The notes beneath the pieces were generated by a model. It had not been told where the DNA came from, searched no databases, and was given only the letters and a program-made list of their open reading frames with translations. From NCBI GenBank assembly GCA_965208835.1, contig OZ242358.1, positions 1,792,001 through 1,856,000 on the forward strand: 64,000 nt of DNA. The letters run 5' to 3'. How positions within the stretch are numbered: position 1 is the stretch's first letter; each line of letters begins with the position of its first letter. Origin of the DNA: Candidatus Latescibacterota bacterium. GTDB taxonomy: Bacteria; Latescibacterota; UBA2968; GCA-2709665. Positions 39,741 to 49,159 of the stretch are shown here, one piece after another. A program made the translations under genes and the position numbers.

Positions 39741-40352
39741 TCATGCTTTGTTTTGCGGATTGTCGCCGGATTGTTCCCACGCTTTCGTGAACGTCTCCGG
39801 TTCGACGCCGAGCGCATCGGCCACGCGGTTGATATAGTTGAAAAAGCCGATGATCTGGACCGCGTCGTGGATGGCGCGGTCGTCGAAGCCGTACTCACGC
39901 AGCCCGTCGATGTCCGCGGCCGTTGAAGCACGCGGATCCAGACTGAGCCCCTCCGCGAAGGCGCACAGCGCGCGGTCGGCGGCCGGCAGGTCGGCCCGGC
40001 GCCAGTCCGCGGCCAACTGATGCACCAGCCAGTCGGCTTCCTCGCCGTCCTCGACGTCGAACTCTCCGGCGACCTCGGCACGGAGGTCGTGGGCGTGAGA
40101 GCGTATTCAGTACACGCAGTGGTTCGCGGCCGAGACCACCACGGCGAGCATCTCCCGCCGCGCGCGGCTGAGGGGCGAGGGGCCGTGCATCAACGTGCCG
40201 TAGAAATCCAGCGAAGCCTTCATCGCCGGCGGATTCGGGCTCATTACGGAGACGATGCCCCAGATCCTTCCGGCACGCTTCAGCGCCGCGTCATACAGCT
40301 TCTTCAACAGGCCAGTGGCCCTATCCGGAGGAATAACATCGATATACGGCAT
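39741..40352 (-). CDS. AhpD/CMD-family peroxidase-related selenoprotein (CxxU)
   Basis: ORF 40107..40352 ends NHCVY-TGA and continues in frame as IRSHAHDL...FNYINRVADALG. Hairpin CGACCTC-CGTGCC-GAGGTCG starts 17 nt after the UGA. Confidence 0.85.
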
Positions 40353-40736
40353 CGTAAGACCCCCATTCCGCCACAGTCAAATCAAAAGCAACTTACATGG
40401 ATGAACAGGATGAGCAGGATAAAACTGCAAGAAACCACGAAATCAACGGAAGCAGTGAAAGCCATAAGAGACATAAAACCCCAAATCAAATCCGCTAAAC
40501 ATTGATGGAAAGGATGTACAGGAGGAAACCGGCGGTACAGTCTGCCATCCATCTTGCCAGAGAGTGTCGTTCAGGATTGCGCTTCAGAAAAAACCCACGC
40601 TTAGCGGACGTGGGTGTCAATAATGCGTGAGCAGTTGCGTAATCTCAGAAACTGTCTACCACCGGATTCTTCGAATAGATGCGCCAATTCTCCTTGTTGT
40701 TCGTTCAATCTGTTCAGCGTCTAGGGGCAGTGATCA

Positions 40737-41345
40737 TTATAGTATTCGTAGAAAATCACGGACATTCCGGAACGTGTCATGATTTAGATCCCAATAGCCG
40801 TTCATCGCTGCGACGCCTACAGAGTAGTGGGGATCTGGTTTGGTTGTGAGATAGGCATGGACACGGGCCTTGTCGGTATTTTTAATTGATACGCTTGCCG
40901 AGTCTTCCACACAAGTAAAGAAGCCATCAATGCATTGATCCACTGAGGTATCTGCGAAGCTTTCACAGATCAATGTTTCAAGCATACCGCGACGATTTTC
41001 GTCGGGAAGTATCAGCACCGTCACTGCCGGGTTGGGGTTAGAAGGCTCTCCGGACTTCTGCGGGATAGGCAATTTGACCTTCTTTAATGACGAACGGACG
41101 CTCTGAAATGCGCTTTTTGCAGACATTTCTGCATCGCGTACGATGCCGATACTTTGAACGGCGTCAAAATCCGGCATTTTAACGAATGCAAGCAGAAATC
41201 CGCTGAGTTCGTTCACGCCTCCGAAATTTTGAATCTGAATATTCTCTATGGATAGGTGCTCTACGAATGCTCTAAAGAAATTCCTTTGGTCATTGCCTTC
41301 AACGAGAAGCTGAATATCTGACTCGATTTCCTCTGCTTTTGGCAT
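40737..41345 (-). CDS. DUF3226-like TOPRIM-fold protein
   Basis: LLVEGNDQ, FGG, IVRDAE, GMLETL, KARVHAYL. AT-rich. Confidence 0.75.
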   Translation of the reverse strand: MPKAEEIESDIQLLVEGNDQRNFFRAFVEHLSIENIQIQNFGGVNELSGFLLAFVKMPDFDAVQSIGIVRDAEMSAKSAFQSVRSSLKKVKLPIPQKSGEPSNPNPAVTVLILPDENRRGMLETLICESFADTSVDQCIDGFFTCVEDSASVSIKNTDKARVHAYLTTKPDPHYSVGVAAMNGYWDLNHDTFRNVRDFLRIL

Positions 41346-41347
41346 GC

Positions 41348-42391
41348 CTATCGGACCTCAAGATTGTGCCGGATTGCTCCGTCGATTGCATCAGGTTCAT
41401 AGGTGACACATCGACTCCCTTTGTCAGCGATTTCAAGTCTGTGTAAGCGAAATCTGTCCTTACTCAGAGAATCGTGCGCTGCCATCACGCACTCCATACT
41501 GTGTGTGGTTGCGAATAATTGGGTCCGAAACTGCCGAGCTGCTTCATCGATAACGCGCCAGACATCAGGCAGTACCGTGTGGTGTATGCCGTTTTCGAGT
41601 TCATCTACCATAACGACACCATCTGGTACGGAAGCGATACCTAATACAAGGCGTGCTATTTGGGTCATGCCTTCGCCCATTACGGATAGAGGCACCAGTT
41701 CAGACCACCCGATATCTCCCCAGATCATGGGCGACCCGCTGGAAGAATTATCCTCAATGCTTTGCAATCTGGGTTCGAAGACACGTAGTGCCTTTAGGAG
41801 CATATCTCCCTGCTTCTGTTGCCTCAACCGACCCAGTCTAACTGCATCTTCATGGATATTCCGATTGCGAGATAAGAGAATTATCGCCTGAAACGGAGGA
41901 TTTGTCGTAGGCTGGTTTACCTCAAAACCCTGTCCCTTCATACTTATCTGGCTCTTTACGGATTTACGGGAGGGGCCTGTATACTGAAACGCAAGAGAAC
42001 GTTCGTCAAGGAGGTTTGTAATTGAAGTGCCATTTGTACGGTCGAGAGGAATTTCAGTCGTGGGCTGTCGTTCTGAAGTAATCTTCAGAGTGAATTGTGC
42101 ACGCGATGATCTCTGCGCAATTATCTCAATTGATCGTCCCATGTCCAGATTGGAAAAAAGCTGTTTCCAAAACGGATCGGCGGTAGAAACCCCATGCGGG
42201 ACCAATCCTCGAATGACATTGTCATTCATTGCCAACTGGGTGTTGCCCGCTCCTGATAGCAGAAATACCGCTTCAAGCAAGCTTGTCTTTCCGGAGTTAT
42301 TTTTGCCGGCAATCAGGTTGATGCCACCCAAGTCGTCAATCTTCAGGGCATTAAACCCGCGGAAATTTCGTATCTGTAAGCGTTTCAACAT
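41348..42391 (-). CDS. ABC/AAA_15-AAA_21 ATPase
   Basis: IRNFRG, GKNNSGKT, MGEG signature, VDELENGIH, ATTHS. AT-rich, 2 nt from the next gene. Confidence 0.9.
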   Translation of the reverse strand: MLKRLQIRNFRGFNALKIDDLGGINLIAGKNNSGKTSLLEAVFLLSGAGNTQLAMNDNVIRGLVPHGVSTADPFWKQLFSNLDMGRSIEIIAQRSSRAQFTLKITSERQPTTEIPLDRTNGTSITNLLDERSLAFQYTGPSRKSVKSQISMKGQGFEVNQPTTNPPFQAIILLSRNRNIHEDAVRLGRLRQQKQGDMLLKALRVFEPRLQSIEDNSSSGSPMIWGDIGWSELVPLSVMGEGMTQIARLVLGIASVPDGVVMVDELENGIHHTVLPDVWRVIDEAARQFRTQLFATTHSMECVMAAHDSLSKDRFRLHRLEIADKGSRCVTYEPDAIDGAIRHNLEVR

Positions 42392-42556
42392 CGCTATCGC
42401 CCCTCAGTAGATCTTCGAATTGTGGCGAATATCATCGAGCGGATTCACCATCTATGTGGATGCGAGACTCAGGAATAATATCCAAAACCGATGCAAAGAT
42501 CAAATAGTTCCACGAAGTCATCGATCCTTCAGTAAACTTGGCGCATTGACCGGGGT

Positions 42557-42751
42557 TCAGTAAGCTTCCTCGCGCAGCCGTTGCTTGATTTCCGAATCCG
42601 AGGCCGTCTCCAGGAACAACTCCAATGCCTCCTTTAGATTCTCCCTTGCATCCGACACGGTTGTTCCCTGGCTGGCGACGTCCAGTTCAGGGCAGAGGGC
42701 GACGTAGCCGTCGTCCTCACGTTCTATAATTGCTGTCAGCTGTCTTGTTAT
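42557..42751 (-). pseudogene. hicB: Second hicB copy, decayed
   Basis: RQLTAIIEREDDGYVALCPELDVASQG. ATA at the expected ATG position and an early TGA after REEAY. Confidence 0.7.
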
Positions 42752-42765
42752 TGCAGGCTCACTTT

Positions 42766-43005
42766 TTTCGGCACCCGTTCGACTACCTTGCAAAGACCTT
42801 CGCCGACCCTTCGACCCTTCGACAGGCTCAGGGACCGCAGGCTCAGGGAGCGGCTCAGGACCGCAGGTTTAGAGGCCACAGAATGGTTCAAGTACTACAG
42901 TGGCTCGTCAACCGCGACGTCTCGAGTCGAGCTTTGCCTGATTTCCCCGCCTGTCCCGCCTTTTGGTTCTATGCTTTTATCCTGCTTATCCTGTTTATCC
43001 ATGTT
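42766..43005 (+). repeat. Second copy of the ~230-bp segment
   Basis: Aligns to 38919-39148. Confidence 0.82.
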
Positions 43006-43034
43006 CCCCGGCATCAATCCTCGATGGTCTCTCG

Positions 43035-43532
43035 CTACCACCCGCCAACCTGGGTCCTGTCCACGATATCCCGTGTCAGGATTTCGAACGCCGCGCCGAG
43101 GCCCTCCTGGCGTGCTTCTTCGCGCTGGCCGGCGGCACTGTAGATGCCGTATCCCTTCAGGCGCTTCTCTTCCCACAGCTGCTTCTTGTTCTTCACGTCG
43201 TAGCAACTGACGTCCACGAAGACCGAGATCTGGAACTGGTCCTCCTGTCCGCGGTACGTGAACGGGTCGTCCCGTACTTCCACGATGGTACCTCGCAGCA
43301 CGATGTCCGCGCGGTCTTCGTCCGTGACGCGCAGCGCCGCGTCCTGGAGAAACGCCTGGATCAGGCTGTCGGTGAGCGCCTGCTGGATTTCCGGCTCGAG
43401 GCTCTCGTTTTCCATCAGCGGAATGGCTACCGAGCGGATACCCGAGCCGCCGGTCGCTGACGTTGAATAGTACGCGCATCCGGCCAGCCAGAACAGGAAC
43501 AGCGCCGTGCAGGGGATGAGGGATCGCTTCAA
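43035..43532 (-). CDS. lptE: LptE family lipoprotein
   Basis: Lipobox LAGC-AYY, IRSVAIPLMENES, ADIVLRGTI, C-terminal GW. Confidence 0.78.
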   Translation of the reverse strand: MKRSLIPCTALFLFWLAGCAYYSTSATGGSGIRSVAIPLMENESLEPEIQQALTDSLIQAFLQDAALRVTDEDRADIVLRGTIVEVRDDPFTYRGQEDQFQISVFVDVSCYDVKNKKQLWEEKRLKGYGIYSAAGQREEARQEGLGAAFEILTRDIVDRTQVGGW

Positions 43533-44026
43533 TCCGATTCCTCCTTCGACTCCGACGCCGCCTCGTCCTTCGGCGCCTCCGCTTCGGCGGCTTCGGCAGC
43601 GTCACCGCCGCTCTGCTCCGCCGACGCCTCCTGCGCCTCGGCTTCGGCGCTCCCGGCGGCATCTTCGCCGCTCTCCTCCGCGGGCGCCTCGGCGTCGGCG
43701 GTTGACGCCTCGGCCTCATCGGAAGGCGCTTCAGCCTCGTCCGGTTCCTTGTTCGCTTCGTCGATGTAGTTCATCCTCAACTCGTACAGCGCGTGTTCCA
43801 GAAACTTCTGTTCGTTGTCGCTGAGATTGCCCTTCGTCTTCGCCTGCAGCATGCCCAGGATGTCAATCGTGTTCTTCGCCTGGGCGAGGTCCCGTTCCAC
43901 CTTGCTGGTGGCCGGGTTCATCACCTTGCCCAGATGCTGCCATGCCGCCCCCTGAAACATCAACACGATCTGCGTAAACAGAAATTCGTTCATCTGTTCC
44001 TGGGTAATCGGTTCGCCTTCGGCCAT
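43529..44026 (-). CDS. DUF1844 domain protein with acidic tail
   Basis: HLGKVMNP, AKNTIDILGML..KTKGNL, LYELRMNY. Ala/Glu-rich C-terminus. Confidence 0.85.
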   Translation of the reverse strand: MAEGEPITQEQMNEFLFTQIVLMFQGAAWQHLGKVMNPATSKVERDLAQAKNTIDILGMLQAKTKGNLSDNEQKFLEHALYELRMNYIDEANKEPDEAEAPSDEAEASTADAEAPAEESGEDAAGSAEAEAQEASAEQSGGDAAEAAEAEAPKDEAASESKEESD

Positions 44027-44098
44027 GAAGATAACCTCCTTGAAATGATTGACTTAAACACTTCGTGGCAATTGTCTGTGTAAGTTAAAACCTGGATG

Positions 44099-44272
44099 TG
44101 GGTAGACGGAAGACGTAAGAGGGGAGAGGAGTTCCTGCCTTGTGAGTTTTCCTTTTATACCGTAGGCAAGTGGAGAGACCAAATCGGGCGAAGACCTCAT
44201 CTCCCGTCTCCCGTCTCACCTCTACCCGCTCTTTGGATTTCATCTCCCGTCTAACGTCTTACGTCTCCCCAC
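44099..44272 (+). mobile_element. Heptamer-arm element, copy 3
   Basis: Same arms and core. Its end overlaps the DsbA-like stop codon. Confidence 0.75.
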
Positions 44273-44891
44273 TTAATGCTTTCTCCAGCTTTGCCATCGC
44301 GGTTTCGGCGTTGGCCCAGCCGCGGACGATGTCGGTCTGCGCGTCGCCGTGTCTCACGACCACGCTCGGGAATTCACGGACGCCCATCGAGCGGCGCAGG
44401 TTGAAACCCGCCTGCAAATCGGCCTCGATCTCCGGCGAACTGATATCCCGTTCGAAACGACCCATGTCCAGCGGTGGCGAAAGCGACCCGGCCACCGCGG
44501 TCAGCGTTTCGATGTCCGAGGGGTTCCGCGCCTGCCTGTAATACGCCCGCTGTATGGCGTCGAACATATCGGGAACGGCGTCTTCACGCTGCGCCCTTGC
44601 CGCCAGCACCGCGCGGCATGCGGGGTAGGTAGACCGGCGTGGCTTGCATTTTCGCCAGAAGTCCCAGTTGAATTCCGCCCCGGTCGTCGCCGCCACGTCC
44701 TGCCAGTTCCGCTGCACGTACGCGCGCGTTGCTTCGGGCATCGGCTCGTCCGAATCCTTCGCCAGCCCGCCCATCACATACACCACGGGAACGGCCTCCG
44801 GAAGCTCCGAGACGATCTGCTGCAGCACCGGCCTGAAGCCCCAGCACCACGAACACATCGGGTCTCCCACGTAATAGAGTTGCGGATCCAC
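44259..44891 (-). CDS. DsbA family protein
   Basis: DPMCSWCWGF, GVREFPS. Confidence 0.9.
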   Translation of the reverse strand: MDPQLYYVGDPMCSWCWGFRPVLQQIVSELPEAVPVVYVMGGLAKDSDEPMPEATRAYVQRNWQDVAATTGAEFNWDFWRKCKPRRSTYPACRAVLAARAQREDAVPDMFDAIQRAYYRQARNPSDIETLTAVAGSLSPPLDMGRFERDISSPEIEADLQAGFNLRRSMGVREFPSVVVRHGDAQTDIVRGWANAETAMAKLEKALSGET

Positions 44892-44953
44892 TATTCGTAT
44901 CCTCTATGGAGGGGATTTCAGTGACATAAGCCGATCAGGCGACGTGTCCGGAT

Positions 44954-45119
44954 TAGTGTCCTGTCCCGAAAATTCCTCACCATTCGACCGGCGATTCATC
45001 CCGTCTCGCTACGTTCCCCTCGCTCGCCGACCTTACGCAGGTCGTCTGCGCTCAGGCGCCTTGCGAGACGGGCGACTCGGCGGTCGAATTCAGGCAACTT
45101 ATTTCCTGGACAGAACACT
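44954..45119. mobile_element. Palindromic MITE-like element
   Basis: TIR AGTGTCCTGTCCCGAAAAT / ATTTCCTGGACAGAACACT with nested inner stems (TTCGACCG/CGGTCGAA, CCCGTCTCGC/GCGAGACGGG). Confidence 0.72.
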
Positions 45120-45388
45120 CGGTCGGCCCGGAACGCGAAGCGGGATTCCGCGTCAACGTTTCGGGTACAATATTAAAGACGGGAATCGAAAAAGGCAAGC
45201 ATATCGACCCTGTCCACGCCCGGGCGATTCCCCTGCAATTCGCCGTTCCCGCGGCCCGGTAGAATCCGCTTGCGGAGATGTATTGATTATGCGTACCTTC
45301 ATCCCCCCTAATTCTGCCAACTCCGTCTCGTGCGGAAAATCGTCAACGGGACCGCGATGTCGGGAAACACACAAAAAGGAGGTGGTCC

Positions 45389-45853
45389 GTGAACGTGGAA
45401 GTCACCATTAATGGCGAGTGCCACAGCCACGACGTGGAGCCCAGGCTGCTGCTTGTGCATTATCTGCGCGACGTCGTGGGCCTGACCGGCACCCACGTAG
45501 GCTGCGAAACCAGCCTCTGCGGCGCCTGCACCGTCATGCTCGACGGCCAGGCGGTGAAATCCTGTACGCTGCTCGCGGTACAGGCGAACGGCGCCGAAAT
45601 CACCACCATCGAAGGTCTGGCCGAGAACGGCGAACTTCATCCAGTACAGGAGGGCTTCTGGGAGTGCCATGGCCTGCAGTGCGGCTTCTGCACGCCCGGG
45701 ATGATCATCGCCGCCCACCAGTTGCTGGAGCGCAACTCGCGGCCCACCGAGGCGCAGATCCGGCGCAGTATCGAGGGCAACCTCTGTCGTTGCACCGGAT
45801 ACCAGCACATCGTGGACGCCGTCCAGCACGCAGCCAGGGCAATGAGAACCTGA
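45389..45853 (+). CDS. coxS: 2Fe-2S small subunit, CODH/xanthine dehydrogenase family
   Basis: [28 protein letters not shown]. Confidence 0.93.
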   Translation: MNVEVTINGECHSHDVEPRLLLVHYLRDVVGLTGTHVGCETSLCGACTVMLDGQAVKSCTLLAVQANGAEITTIEGLAENGELHPVQEGFWECHGLQCGFCTPGMIIAAHQLLERNSRPTEAQIRRSIEGNLCRCTGYQHIVDAVQHAARAMRT

Positions 45854-45866
45854 AAGGAGGTCTTCC

Positions 45867-48197
45867 ATGCCAGTCAGTAAATCAGTTGGCGCCAGAATCA
45901 AGCGCAGGGAAGATCCCCGGCTGATCCAGGGCCTTGCGCAGTACGTAGACGATATTCAACTGCCAGGAACGCTGCATGTGGCCGTCGTCCGAAGTCCTTA
46001 CGGGCACGCGCACATTCAGGGCATCGACACCGCTGCCGCCGCTGACCACCCGGGCGTGGTGGCCGTGGTGACGGGAGACGATCTTCAAGGCAATATTGGC
46101 ACGATTCCGTGCGCCACGACCGATCCCGAGGGCTTTCCGGGCATCCAGGTTCCCGACCATCCGGTCCTGGCCCACGGAAAGGTCCGGTTCGTCGGGGAGC
46201 CCGTTGTCGCGGTCGTCGCCGACAGCCCCTACACCGCCAGCGACGCGGCCGAACTCGTCGAGGTGGACTACGAGCCGCTCGACGCCGTTAACTCCGCGGA
46301 GGCCGCGTTGAAGGACGGCGCGCCCCTTCTGCACGAGGAATTCGGAAGCAATCAGGCCTTTACCTGGGCCATTGCGGGCGGTGACATCGACGACGCCTTC
46401 GCCCAGGCCGACCGCGTGGTCAAACAGCGCTTCAACCACCAGCGCCTGGTGCCGAACCCGATGGAGACACGGGGCGTGGTCGCGCAGTTTCAGCCGGGCG
46501 ACGGTAAACTCACGGTCTGGTCCTCCACACAAATCCCGCATCTGCTCAAAACCCAGCTCTCGGTTATTCTCAACCGGCCGGAACAGCTCGTGCAGGTTAT
46601 CGCGCCCGAGGTGGGCGGCGGTTTCGGCTGCAAGCTGAACGTGTACGCCGAGGAAGCCCTGGTCGGGCATCTCGCGATCCAGCTCAAAAGGCCGGTCAAG
46701 TGGATCGAGAGCAGGCGTGAAAATTTCCTGCACACGATCCACGGGCGCGACCAGATCGGCGACGTGGAGATCCCCGTCAAGAACGACGGGACCATCCTGG
46801 GCCTCAAGTATACCGTTGAGGCCGACGTGGGCGCCTACTACCAGTTGCTCACGCCGGCGATCCCCACGCTCACGGGGCTGATGCTCTGCGGCTGCTACAA
46901 GTTCCAGAACGTCTCGATGGAGCTCGTTGCGGCCTTCACCAACAAGATGGCCACCGATGCCTACCGGGGCGCGGGTAGGCCCGAAGCTACCTACCTCATC
47001 GAGCGTATGCTGGACTGCGTGGCGTTCGATCTGGATATGGACCCCCTGGAGGTGCGGCGCAGGAACTTCATCGGTAAGGACGAGTTTCCATTCGAGACCG
47101 GTACGGCCGTTGCCTACGACAGCGGCGACTATGAGATCGCGCTGAACAAGGCGCTGAAGAAGATCGACTATGAAGGCTTCCGCAATGAGCAGGCGGAAGC
47201 CCGCGAGCAGGGCCGGTACCTCGGCATCGGCTTCTCCACGTACGTGGAGATCTGCGGTATGGGGCCTTCGGCGGCCATGCCGGCCGGCGGCTGGGAGAGC
47301 GGCACCGTTCGTGTGGACCCCACCGGCAAAGTCACCGTTCTCACCGGCGTCTCGCCCCACGGCCAGGGCCAGGAGACCACGTTTGCGCAGCTCATCGCCG
47401 ACGGCCTCGGCGTGGACATCGACGACGTGCGGATCATCCATGGCGATACGGAAGCCGTGCAGTACGGTATCGGAACGTTCGGCTCTCGCGCGACCGCAGT
47501 GGGCGGCACGGCCATGGTGATGGCCATGGAAAAGGTGAAGGAGAAAGCCATCAACATCGCCGCGCACCTGCTGGAGAGCAACCCCCAGGACATCGTGGTC
47601 GAAGACGGAAAATACGGCGTCAAGGGGTCGCCCGACCAGGGCGTTACCCTGACGGACATCTCGATGGCCGCTCACGGGGGCGTGAATCTGCCTCCGGATA
47701 CCGAGCCGGGCATGGCTGCCACGCATTTCTTCGAGCCCTCCAACTTCACCTACCCGTTCGGCACCCATATCGCCATCGTGGAGGTGGACGCGGACACCGG
47801 CGAGGTGGACATTCTCCGGTACATCGCGGTCGACGACTGCGGACAGATCATCAACCCGATGATCGTCGAGGGTCAGATCCACGGGGGTATCGCCCAGGGT
47901 CTGGGCCAGGCGCTTTACGAAGAAGCCATCTACGACGAGAGCGGACAGATGATCACGGGCACGTTCATGGACTATGCCCTGCCCAAGGCACATAACTTCC
48001 CGCGCTTCGAACTTGACAACACGGTCACGCCGTCACCGGTGAACCCCATGGGCGTCAAGGGTGTGGGTGAGGCGGGGACCATCGGCTCCACGCCGTCCAT
48101 CGTCAACGCGGTGGTGGACGCGCTCAAGCCGTTCGGCGTGAGGCACATCGACATGCCGCTGCGTCCCGAAAAGCTCTGGAAGCTCATGCAGGGTTAG
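45867..48197 (+). CDS. coxL: Molybdopterin large subunit, form II CoxL-like
   Basis: VGGGFG, AYRGAGRPEA (form II motif), GQGQET, KGVGEAG. Confidence 0.9.
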   Translation: MPVSKSVGARIKRREDPRLIQGLAQYVDDIQLPGTLHVAVVRSPYGHAHIQGIDTAAAADHPGVVAVVTGDDLQGNIGTIPCATTDPEGFPGIQVPDHPVLAHGKVRFVGEPVVAVVADSPYTASDAAELVEVDYEPLDAVNSAEAALKDGAPLLHEEFGSNQAFTWAIAGGDIDDAFAQADRVVKQRFNHQRLVPNPMETRGVVAQFQPGDGKLTVWSSTQIPHLLKTQLSVILNRPEQLVQVIAPEVGGGFGCKLNVYAEEALVGHLAIQLKRPVKWIESRRENFLHTIHGRDQIGDVEIPVKNDGTILGLKYTVEADVGAYYQLLTPAIPTLTGLMLCGCYKFQNVSMELVAAFTNKMATDAYRGAGRPEATYLIERMLDCVAFDLDMDPLEVRRRNFIGKDEFPFETGTAVAYDSGDYEIALNKALKKIDYEGFRNEQAEAREQGRYLGIGFSTYVEICGMGPSAAMPAGGWESGTVRVDPTGKVTVLTGVSPHGQGQETTFAQLIADGLGVDIDDVRIIHGDTEAVQYGIGTFGSRATAVGGTAMVMAMEKVKEKAINIAAHLLESNPQDIVVEDGKYGVKGSPDQGVTLTDISMAAHGGVNLPPDTEPGMAATHFFEPSNFTYPFGTHIAIVEVDADTGEVDILRYIAVDDCGQIINPMIVEGQIHGGIAQGLGQALYEEAIYDESGQMITGTFMDYALPKAHNFPRFELDNTVTPSPVNPMGVKGVGEAGTIGSTPSIVNAVVDALKPFGVRHIDMPLRPEKLWKLMQG

Positions 48198-48292
48198 CCT
48201 GCCCGGACCGTCAGGGGGCGCGAAAACCGGCCGAAGAACGGTAGAATGCGCTCGCGCGGAAGTTCCAATATCCGATACGTGGAGAGACCAAA

Positions 48293-49159
48293 ATGATACC
48301 AAGCCCGTTCGACTATCATGCGCCGAAGACCGTGCGAAAGGCGCTCAGCCTGCTTCAGGAACACGGCGATGACGCGAAGATCCTGGCAGGCGGCCACAGC
48401 CTCATCCCGCTGATGAAACTGCGGTTCGCCGCGCCTGCAACCCTCATCGATCTGGGCGGCATTTCGGGTCTGAGGAAGGTCGTCGCCGGAAACGAAACCA
48501 TTTCAATCGGCGCTCTGGCGACGCACTACGCGGTGGAGAGCCACCGGCTGCTGAAATCCAAATGCGGCCTGCTTCCGGAGACCGCGTCCGCCATCGGAGA
48601 TGTGCAGGTGCGTAATCGGGGCACGGTGGGCGGCAGCCTGGTCCACGCGGACCCGGCCGCGGACTGGCCCGCGACGATGCTGGCGCTGGACGCCGAGCTC
48701 GATATCTCCGGCCCCGGGGGCGAGCGGAGCGTTGCCGTCGGCGATTTCTTCGAAGACCTGCTCACCGTCGCCATCGGCGAGGACGAGATTCTCACTCGAA
48801 TCAGGATCGCCACGCCGCCGGACAACTCGGGCGGCGCGTACGTCAAGATGCACCAGTCCGCCTCGGGTTTCGCAATCTGCGGCGTTGCGGCGCAGGTCAC
48901 GCTCGACAACGGCAACTGCTCGTCCGTCGGCATAGGCGTCACGGGCGTATCGCCGGTGGCCTACAGGGCTTCGGCCGCTGAAGCCGCGCTGCACGGAGGC
49001 CCGCTGAACGCGGAGACGATCGCCGCGGCGGCCGACAAGGCGGCCGACGGCGTGGAGGATTTCCAAGAAGACCACCACGCCTCGGGCGACTACCGTGCGC
49101 ATCTTGCCAGGGTCTTCACGCGGCAGGCGCTCACGGTGGCCGCCGAACGGGCAGCCTGA
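48293..49159 (+). CDS. coxM: FAD-binding medium subunit
   Basis: AGGHSLIPLMKLR, RNRGTVGG, ADPAAD. Confidence 0.93.
   Translation: MIPSPFDYHAPKTVRKALSLLQEHGDDAKILAGGHSLIPLMKLRFAAPATLIDLGGISGLRKVVAGNETISIGALATHYAVESHRLLKSKCGLLPETASAIGDVQVRNRGTVGGSLVHADPAADWPATMLALDAELDISGPGGERSVAVGDFFEDLLTVAIGEDEILTRIRIATPPDNSGGAYVKMHQSASGFAICGVAAQVTLDNGNCSSVGIGVTGVSPVAYRASAAEAALHGGPLNAETIAAAADKAADGVEDFQEDHHASGDYRAHLARVFTRQALTVAAERAA

Larger units (their letters stand above)
37362..43004. repeat. Dispersed 9-bp-period repeat ATCCTGCCTATCCTGT(G/T)CATCCATGT
   Basis: Copies at about 37362, 38257, 39122, 39713 and 42978, and inverted copies at about 38736 and 40395. Degenerate copies near 38200, 38680 and 40500. 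Confidence 0.88.

Noticed and set aside
40590-40620. IS200/IS605-like end hairpin (ACCCACGC..CGTGGGTGTCAA)
   Set aside because: Short and imperfect, with no tnpA/tnpB nearby, so too weak to call.
36900-43010. CRISPR array or classical integron
   Set aside because: Repeats are hundreds of bases to kilobases apart and in both orientations. There are no cas genes, no intI and no attC-type ends.
43529-43750. Low-complexity GCC/GAG repeats
   Set aside because: They encode the Ala/Glu-rich tail of the DUF1844 protein and are not a separate element.
45882-47993. 703-aa antisense ORF (also 30414..31964, 52252..53844, 61679..63253 and similar)
   Set aside because: Shadow or alternate-frame ORFs over well-supported genes, as expected in GC-rich DNA. 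No recognisable motifs.
45867-48197. Bona fide form I CO dehydrogenase
   Set aside because: The active-site motif is AYRGAGR, not AYxCSFR, and the gene order is S-L-M.
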